Assembly (NCBI GenBank): GCA_965217775.1 | Contig: CBDCJH010000002.1 | Coordinates: 3,008,001 to 3,072,000 of the forward strand | DNA from: Acidobacteriota bacterium | Lineage (GTDB): Bacteria; Acidobacteriota; UBA6911; RPQK01; JAJDTT01 | Direction of reading: 5' to 3' | Length of the DNA stretch: 64,000 nt | Shown: piece after piece, positions 58,134-64,000 of the stretch | How positions within the stretch are numbered: position 1 is the stretch's first letter | Layout: each line of letters starts with the position of its first letter | The notes under the pieces: model-generated | Seen by the model: the letters and a program-made list of their open reading frames with translations, nothing else | What the model was told of the DNA's origin: nothing | Database searches by the model: none | Made by a program: the position numbers and the translations under genes

Positions 58134-58924
58134 ATGCTTCGACCGTGACTTTGGAGGGACGGGTTGCGCTGGTGACGGGAGCGGGTCACGGCATCGGCCG
58201 TGAGGTGGCGTTCACGCTGGCTTCGGCCGGCGCCGCCGTCTGCTGCGTGGACCTGGACCGGGACGCGGTAGAAACCGTAGCGGCTTCCATCCGTAAGCAG
58301 GGAGGGAGTGCGCTCGCGTTGATCGCGGACGTGGCCGCGGAAGACGACGTGGACCGGGTCCACGAAGACTGCACAAGAGCTCTGGGGACGGTTCAGATTC
58401 TGGTCAACAACGCCGGGGTGCAATACCTCAGTCCGGTGGAGGAGTTCCCGATCCCGGAGTGGGACCGGTTGAACGGCATCCTGCTGCGGGGACCCTTTCT
58501 GTACATCCGGCGCTTCGTACCCGGGATGGCGGCCCAGGGGTGGGGACGGATCATCAACCTGACCTCCATTCACGCCGTGGTGGCCTCCCCCTTCAAAACG
58601 GCCTACGTGAGCGCCAAGCACGGCCTGCTGGGACTCACCCGGACCGTGGCCCTGGAAGTGGCCACCCGGGGCATCACGGTCAACGCCGTCTCACCCGGTT
58701 ATACGCGGACTCGCCTGGTGGACGACCAGATCGACAAGCAGGCCGAGCTTCACGGACTCTCACGAGAGCAGGTTCTGGAGAAGGTCATGCTCGGGGCCGT
58801 CCCGCAGAAGGAGATGGTGGAACCCGAGGAACTCGCCCAGGCCATTCTCTTTCTCTGCTCCGAATCGGCTCGGCACATCACCGGGAACAACCTGATGGTG
58901 GACGGCGGCTGGACCGCGGCCTGA
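58130..58924 (+). CDS. bdhA: 3-hydroxybutyrate dehydrogenase (SDR)
   Basis: NNAGVQY..PVEEFP, SIHAVVASPFKTAYVSAKHG, T.LVDDQI. Confidence 0.85.
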   Translation: MNASTVTLEGRVALVTGAGHGIGREVAFTLASAGAAVCCVDLDRDAVETVAASIRKQGGSALALIADVAAEDDVDRVHEDCTRALGTVQILVNNAGVQYLSPVEEFPIPEWDRLNGILLRGPFLYIRRFVPGMAAQGWGRIINLTSIHAVVASPFKTAYVSAKHGLLGLTRTVALEVATRGITVNAVSPGYTRTRLVDDQIDKQAELHGLSREQVLEKVMLGAVPQKEMVEPEELAQAILFLCSESARHITGNNLMVDGGWTAA

Positions 58925-58941
58925 AGGAAGACGGCACCTAA

Positions 58942-59099
58942 CAGTCCGTGGTGAAAGTCCCGCGAGCACCGAGACCGTTCCTGCGCCCGCCGGACAAGGC
59001 GCGATTCGGGTGCATACCGGGAGTATGTGAGCCGATCGCAACGCCGTCCGCCGGGATGCAGGGACGGTCGAATGCCGTGATGACTTTTGCCACGGGCTG
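58942..59099. mobile_element. 158-bp MITE with 18-bp imperfect terminal inverted repeats and CTAA target-site duplication
   Basis: CTAA|CAGTCCGTGGTGAAAGTC ... GACTTTTGCCACGGGCTG|CTAA; no ORF; internally self-complementary. Confidence 0.75.
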
Positions 59100-59132
59100 C
59101 TAATACTTGAGTCCCTGACGAGTACCGCCCGA

Positions 59133-60182
59133 TTACTCACCCAGATACCGGTCCCAGGTTTCCATGCGCGGCTCGGGCGGCAGTGAGACCGAGCGGCCCG
59201 TCTTCAACGAAAGGGCAACGGCTTCCAGGAACTGCATGTAGAGCAATCCTTCCTGAAAGGACGGCTCCACCGGAGTCCCTTTCAGGATGGCGCGAATGAA
59301 TTGGGAGTCGGTGTCCTGCACCCGTTGCTCCGCACTGGGGATGGGAACCGGCGTAAATTCCGCGTCGGATCCCGTGAGCCCCTGAATCTGCTCGGCAAAA
59401 AGACGGTAGATGAGGGCTCCCCGGTCACCGTAGATCTCAATCCGGCTTCCGGGAGATCCGGCAGCCCAGTTGGAGAAGTGGTAACTGGCGGTGGCGCCGC
59501 ATTCCAACTGGGCCGCCACCGCCACCGAGTCGGGAACACCCATGCGCGCGGCGCCGCCATACCGGTGAGACCGGGCCAGTGCCGCCACCCGGACCGTGGG
59601 CCCCAACCATCGATTGGCCACCTCGTTCCACATTCCCAGGGTCATGGTGTTGATTCCCGAGACCTGCGGGTCCCAACGGTAACTCCGGTAACTCTGCGGA
59701 TCGGTGTCCACGCTCATTCCCGTGATCCGGACCTCGCGAATCTGCCCCACGAAACCCTCTTCGTGCAGCAGCCGGATCATGACCCGGTCGCCCTTGAGAC
59801 CGGGCAAAGGCGGATACAGGGCCGTCACCAGCCGGGACGCCTGGGCCGCCGCTGCCATTTTCCGGGCCTCATCCAGGTTCCGGGCCATTCGAGCCTGGCA
59901 GAGGACATGTTTCCCCGCCTCCAGGGCTTCGGCCGTCGCCGGGAGGTGAAGGACCGGAGGCGTCGCTATGACGACCGCGTCCACTTCGGACGAATGGATC
60001 ACGTCCTGCCACCGGGCTACGGTCGCGCGGACTCCGAAACGGCCGGCCACATCCCGGGCCTTGGCCCGGCTGCGGGACCAGATCAGGTTCAGGTCCGCCT
60101 CCGGGATCTTCTGAAGAGCGGGAAGGTGGCGATTCACCGCGACCCAGCCAGCCCCGATCAACCCTACTCTCACTCTTTGCAT
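59133..60182 (-). CDS. Gfo/Idh/MocA family oxidoreductase (atypical QAR motif)
   Basis: IGAGWVA, ATPPVLH, KHVLCQARMA in place of EKP. Confidence 0.88.
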   Translation of the reverse strand: MQRVRVGLIGAGWVAVNRHLPALQKIPEADLNLIWSRSRAKARDVAGRFGVRATVARWQDVIHSSEVDAVVIATPPVLHLPATAEALEAGKHVLCQARMARNLDEARKMAAAAQASRLVTALYPPLPGLKGDRVMIRLLHEEGFVGQIREVRITGMSVDTDPQSYRSYRWDPQVSGINTMTLGMWNEVANRWLGPTVRVAALARSHRYGGAARMGVPDSVAVAAQLECGATASYHFSNWAAGSPGSRIEIYGDRGALIYRLFAEQIQGLTGSDAEFTPVPIPSAEQRVQDTDSQFIRAILKGTPVEPSFQEGLLYMQFLEAVALSLKTGRSVSLPPEPRMETWDRYLGE

Positions 60183-60232
60183 GGCAAACTCCAAACCCCC
60201 TGGGAGACCCCCTCTTCTCTCTTTTCTCTTTC

Positions 60233-61231
60233 CTAGAAAGTCGCGATGGGATTCAACGGCGAGCCGGTTCCTCCTGGAACCGGAAGCGGGGCCGCCGTCA
60301 GCAGGAACTCCCAGCGGCCCTGTTTCCGGGCCTCCTGCCCCAGCGCCTCCAGGTCGCAATTGTCGAAGATGGGGACTCCCATGGCCACGAGCAGCAACTG
60401 ATGAACCGGCTGATCGGCGCCCTCGATCCGGGACGGGAGAACGTCCGACGCGGCGTCGCTGCCCACCAGGGCCACGTCCCGCTGCCTCAACCACTTGACG
60501 CAGGAAGCGTGAAGCCCCGCCGAGCTCTTGCCCACGTCCCAAGGCCCCTTCTCGTCGCGCCGAGCCCAGCGGCCGGTCCGGATGAAGACCGCATCGCCAC
60601 TGGCCACTTGAACCCCGGCCTGCTTTTCCCAGGCCTCCAGATCGTCAGGATAGATGGCCGTCTCCGGGTCCAGGTAGGGCACCTTCTTGAGCCTCGGAAT
60701 GTCCATGAGAATTCCACGGGTGAAGATGCCGTTCTTCAATTCCAGGACGGAAAGCTTGTTGGCCCCCGCAGCGGTCACTTCCGTCTCCGGAAAGCCGTTG
60801 TAGAGCTTTCCCCCATGCATCAGGTGACAGAGGGCATCGATGTGGGTGTGTGCATATCCGTGATAGCGGACGGAAAAGACGTCACTGGCGAAGGGAGGCG
60901 TCATCTTCATCTCTTGAGCAAAGGGATAGGGATTGTCGACGGCCTCGGTCATCTCCGCGTTCCGGGCCAGGGACACGGAGACTCCTTCGCGAACCAATTG
61001 GGCCGCTTCCCGCCGTTTGGCGGGTGTGATCAGGTTCACCGCTCCCAGCTCGTCCTCCTCGCCCCACCGGCCCCAGCTCGACAGCTCCGTCATCCAGCTC
61101 TCGATGTCCGCGGCCGTCAGTCGATATCGGTCCGCCGCCGGCTCGCCCTGGCAGGCCAGGTGCACTCCGGCGGCAAGAAGACCAAGGCCCGCCAGAAGGA
61201 CCCCTGAGTTCGCAATCGTCGATCTTCTCAT
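60233..61231 (-). CDS. Cyclase-family (kynurenine formamidase-like) metal hydrolase, probably exported
   Basis: WGRWG..DELGAVN, HGYAHTHIDALCH, IRTG, GSPLNPIA; N-terminal hydrophobic segment ending LAC. Confidence 0.88.
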   Translation of the reverse strand: MRRSTIANSGVLLAGLGLLAAGVHLACQGEPAADRYRLTAADIESWMTELSSWGRWGEEDELGAVNLITPAKRREAAQLVREGVSVSLARNAEMTEAVDNPYPFAQEMKMTPPFASDVFSVRYHGYAHTHIDALCHLMHGGKLYNGFPETEVTAAGANKLSVLELKNGIFTRGILMDIPRLKKVPYLDPETAIYPDDLEAWEKQAGVQVASGDAVFIRTGRWARRDEKGPWDVGKSSAGLHASCVKWLRQRDVALVGSDAASDVLPSRIEGADQPVHQLLLVAMGVPIFDNCDLEALGQEARKQGRWEFLLTAAPLPVPGGTGSPLNPIATF

Positions 61232-62079
61232 TCCACTCCTCCTTCAGACCGCGTGTCCCTGAAACGCCCGCCGAGTGATTCCAGATAGGCCCGGCTCCGG
61301 TCGAGGTTACCCCAGATCCGATCGTCCGAACGGATCTCGAACAGGGCGGGCCCATTGTATCCATGCCGTTCCAGACCGGCGATCTGGGCTTCCCAGCCGA
61401 TCTCTCCGTCCTCGATCCAGGTCTGGAGCTTCCCGGCCCGGAACTGTTTCAAGTGGACCATCGACAGGTTGGAGGCATCCAGGTTCCGGACCACTTGACA
61501 CGGATCGGGCCGGTCGGGAGCGAACAACAGATTGACCGGATCGTAACAGAGGCGGAGATGGTCCGAACGGCTTCCCAGCAGGCGGCGGGCCTCGCCCAGC
61601 ACGCGGGTGAAGCTGGTCCAAGGTTGAATGGAATGCTCCAGAGAGAGCCAACCCCCGGCGTCCGCCAGCGGTTCGGCGAGCCGCGCCACCTGATGGGCGA
61701 TCTGCGGTTCCCTTCCTTGGAGCATTTCGCCGGTCGTCGCCAAATCGACCAGCCGCAGATGGGGATGAAAGCGGCCCGAAAGCGCCCGTGCGGAGTCCAC
61801 TCCGGTTTGGAACAGCGGGTCCTCGACAACTCCGCCGGGACCCAGGAACGGAAACGCGAGAGCCAGATCGAACCGGATCTCCGGGAAGCGGTCCGCCAAG
61901 CGTCCGAGGGCCGACACCCTGGGAACAAACCCTTCCCGCTCCTCGAACGAGCCCAGGCAAGTCTGCCTCAATTCTACGGTGCGGTAACCTCGGTCCACCG
62001 CTTGGCTCAGCAGGTCCTCCAGCGCAGTTCCCTGCCCCAACTGCCACTGCCAGCAATTGCTCACGATGCCGGGAATCAT
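61228..62079 (-). CDS. Sugar phosphate isomerase/epimerase (AP endonuclease 2 TIM barrel)
   Basis: VELRQ, LSLEH, CYDPVN, MVHLKQ, GYNGPALFE. Confidence 0.75.
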   Translation of the reverse strand: MIPGIVSNCWQWQLGQGTALEDLLSQAVDRGYRTVELRQTCLGSFEEREGFVPRVSALGRLADRFPEIRFDLALAFPFLGPGGVVEDPLFQTGVDSARALSGRFHPHLRLVDLATTGEMLQGREPQIAHQVARLAEPLADAGGWLSLEHSIQPWTSFTRVLGEARRLLGSRSDHLRLCYDPVNLLFAPDRPDPCQVVRNLDASNLSMVHLKQFRAGKLQTWIEDGEIGWEAQIAGLERHGYNGPALFEIRSDDRIWGNLDRSRAYLESLGGRFRDTRSEGGVE

Positions 62080-62162
62080 GCCCGGAGAACCCGCGGCCCG
62101 TCCCACGTCGATCGGGCCCGTGTCTCGCTACCGCCGTCAGGCGGGACGATCACGAAGACCGG

Positions 62163-62660
62163 CTATTGCAAGGCACCGGCAAGGTAGAGGTTGCCAAAGT
62201 GCCAGATCACCGTCGTCTTGCCCTCCAGCTTGCCGTGGCCCGGCGCCAGGTCGAAGGCGACGTGGTGGGCAGTGCCCTCCGAGTCGGAGAAACTGGAATC
62301 GAGGCGGATCACTTTGGATTTGTCCGGCATCATTCCACGGGCCGGCTTGCCCGGATAGAGCGCCAGGGTCCAATCGCCGGCGTTCCTGACGGCGCCGATG
62401 GTGTAGTCTCCCGCCTGAATCATGGTGGACCCGGAAGCGGTGCCGCCTGACAGGGAGAGGACGGCCCGGCTGGGGATGAAGTCCCCGACCTGGACCTTCT
62501 TCACGTGCTCCATGTTGGCCGGCACGGTGTAGTACGTGATGCTGGCCTCGACCTTGCTGGGAAGCGTGGCCTTCACCATCTTGTTGAGGTGGGGGTGGGA
62601 CAGAAGCGTCGCCGAAGCCCCCAGAAACAATGCGATTGTCAGCGAATACCGAATCTTCAC
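62163..62660 (-). CDS. Secreted DUF2911-like protein
   Basis: Signal peptide, ASITYY, IQAGDYTI; family assignment from pattern recall. Confidence 0.55.
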   Translation of the reverse strand: MKIRYSLTIALFLGASATLLSHPHLNKMVKATLPSKVEASITYYTVPANMEHVKKVQVGDFIPSRAVLSLSGGTASGSTMIQAGDYTIGAVRNAGDWTLALYPGKPARGMMPDKSKVIRLDSSFSDSEGTAHHVAFDLAPGHGKLEGKTTVIWHFGNLYLAGALQ

Positions 62661-62807
62661 GGCGTCCCTCCTTGGTAAATGGATTTCGGGTCAGACCAGG
62701 GAATAGTACGTCCTTTCCCGGATAGCGGCAAGCTGGATGGGAAGCGTTCCAGGCATCGTAGTAAACTGTGCGGCTGGTATCGAAGCAGTGCCGAAGGGAG
62801 GCAGGAG

Positions 62808-63620
62808 ATGGGCGAGTTGAACGGCAAGGTGGCCATCATCACCGGAGCCGGCCGCCTCCGGAGCATCGGATTCGAAACCTCCATGGCCCTGGCCCGTTTG
62901 GGGGCCGACATCGTGGTCACCGGCACCGGCCGAGACCCGGACACCTTTCCGCCCGATGAGCGGAGACTGGGGTGGAGGGACGTGGAGAGCACCGCGGAGC
63001 GGGTGCGCGAGCTGGGGAGAGAGGCCCTCCCCCTGGTGGTCGACGTGACCCGCGTGGAGCAGGTGGACAGGATGGTCAGCCGTACCCTGGAGGAGTTCGG
63101 CCGGGTGGACATCCTGATCAACAACGCGGCCATGCCCATCGGCCGAGACCGCGTCGCTACCGCCGAGTTGGACCCGGATGTCTTCCAGAGGGTGCTGGAC
63201 GTCAAGGTCCGGGGCACCTACCTCTGCGCCCGGGCGGTGATCCCGTCGTTGATCCGGCAGGGAGACGGAGGAAAGATCGTGAACGTGGCCTCCTCGGCCG
63301 GAAAGCGGGGAGCCGCCGAAGCCCTGGCCTACTGCGCCGCCAATTTCGCCCAGGTCGGCATGACCCAGTCGCTGGCGCACGAGCTGGGGCCGCACCGAGT
63401 CAACGTCAACTGCATCTGCCCCGCCGCCGTGGACACGTCACGCATGGACCGGTTCGGCCGGGGAGCACAGTGGAAAAAGATGGGCGAGTCACACCCCATC
63501 GGACGCACCGGGACCCGGGAAGAAGTGGCGGCGTTCATCGCCTACCTGTGCACCGAGGCGGCTTCCTGGATCCATGGCCAGTCCATCAACATCGACGGCG
63601 GAATGGTCATGGAGCACTGA
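62808..63620 (+). CDS. SDR family oxidoreductase
   Basis: AIITGAGR..SIG, LINNA, YCAAN (YxxxN variant), VNCICP; AGGAG RBS. Confidence 0.9.
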   Translation: MGELNGKVAIITGAGRLRSIGFETSMALARLGADIVVTGTGRDPDTFPPDERRLGWRDVESTAERVRELGREALPLVVDVTRVEQVDRMVSRTLEEFGRVDILINNAAMPIGRDRVATAELDPDVFQRVLDVKVRGTYLCARAVIPSLIRQGDGGKIVNVASSAGKRGAAEALAYCAANFAQVGMTQSLAHELGPHRVNVNCICPAAVDTSRMDRFGRGAQWKKMGESHPIGRTGTREEVAAFIAYLCTEAASWIHGQSINIDGGMVMEH

Positions 63621-63701
63621 GGAATCCCCCGCCGCCGGGCCGTAGGTGCCCTCTCTGACGGTTCCAATCGAAGGATGTGGCTCAGCGGGGAGAAGAATGG
63701 G

Positions 63702-64000
63702 TCAACCGTCTTCGAATCTTTCGCTGAACCGGCCCGATTCGGGATCCTTGAGGATGAGCTTCAGGCGTCCGTCCGGCATTCGTTCCCGCTTTACGACGAG
63801 ATTCCCTCCGAACGTCTCGGCCGCCGCGCCGGTCGACGGGGCCTCGAGACTTCCGCGCCAGGGATCCGGATCGACGGGCTCCCAGCGTTTGGACTCGGCG
63901 GAGCGGTAGCAGGCGTCGATGACCGCGTTGACCACATAGCCGTCATAGAAGGATTCGCGCGGGGACTGTCCGGCCTCCATGGACCGGAACATGTCCTCGA
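63702..64000 (-). CDS. C-terminal part of a probable Gfo/Idh/MocA oxidoreductase (5' end outside the window)
   Basis: ESFYDGYVVNAVIDACYRSAESKRWEPV resembles the family's C-terminal helix. Confidence 0.7.
   Translation of the reverse strand, partial: EDMFRSMEAGQSPRESFYDGYVVNAVIDACYRSAESKRWEPVDPDPWRGSLEAPSTGAAAETFGGNLVVKRERMPDGRLKLILKDPESGRFSERFEDG

Noticed and set aside
58942-59099. 6S RNA or SRP RNA
   Set aside because: No large central bubble as in 6S and no SRP domain IV motif; the flanking CTAA duplication and TIRs fit a MITE better.

Overview
High-GC bacterial chromosomal segment. An Acidobacteriota origin is inferred from the Oar-type TonB receptor, the carboxypeptidase-regulatory/TPR proteins and a dcw cluster with murC directly followed by ftsQ. 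The left ~26 kb is accessory. It holds a glycan-scavenging region: three paralogous secreted beta-propeller hydrolases (two from a recent TCAG-junction tandem duplication), a Tat GH33 sialidase, a BNR lipoprotein, a GT4 coupled to a heparinase II/III-like lyase, and several Gfo/Idh/MocA oxidoreductases. It also holds a PHP/FG-GAP/class IV aminotransferase operon, a TonB-dependent receptor, three toxin-antitoxin loci in different states of decay and a small degenerate mobile-element remnant. The centre is core genome: purF-purM-purN, the dcw cluster mraZ to ftsZ, proS, rpiB, glyA, a DinG/YoaA helicase and nadK. The right end has SDR, cyclase, TIM-barrel and DUF2911-like genes. Non-coding highlights are a 158-bp MITE with a CTAA target duplication that folds into a G-U-rich rod, two REP families (one copy inside the murG reading frame), a perfect HigA operator palindrome and a phased CATG array. 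Several frameshifts fall in homopolymers and may be sequencing errors. No rRNA, tRNA, CRISPR array or transposase was recognised. All family assignments come from motif recognition, not database searches.
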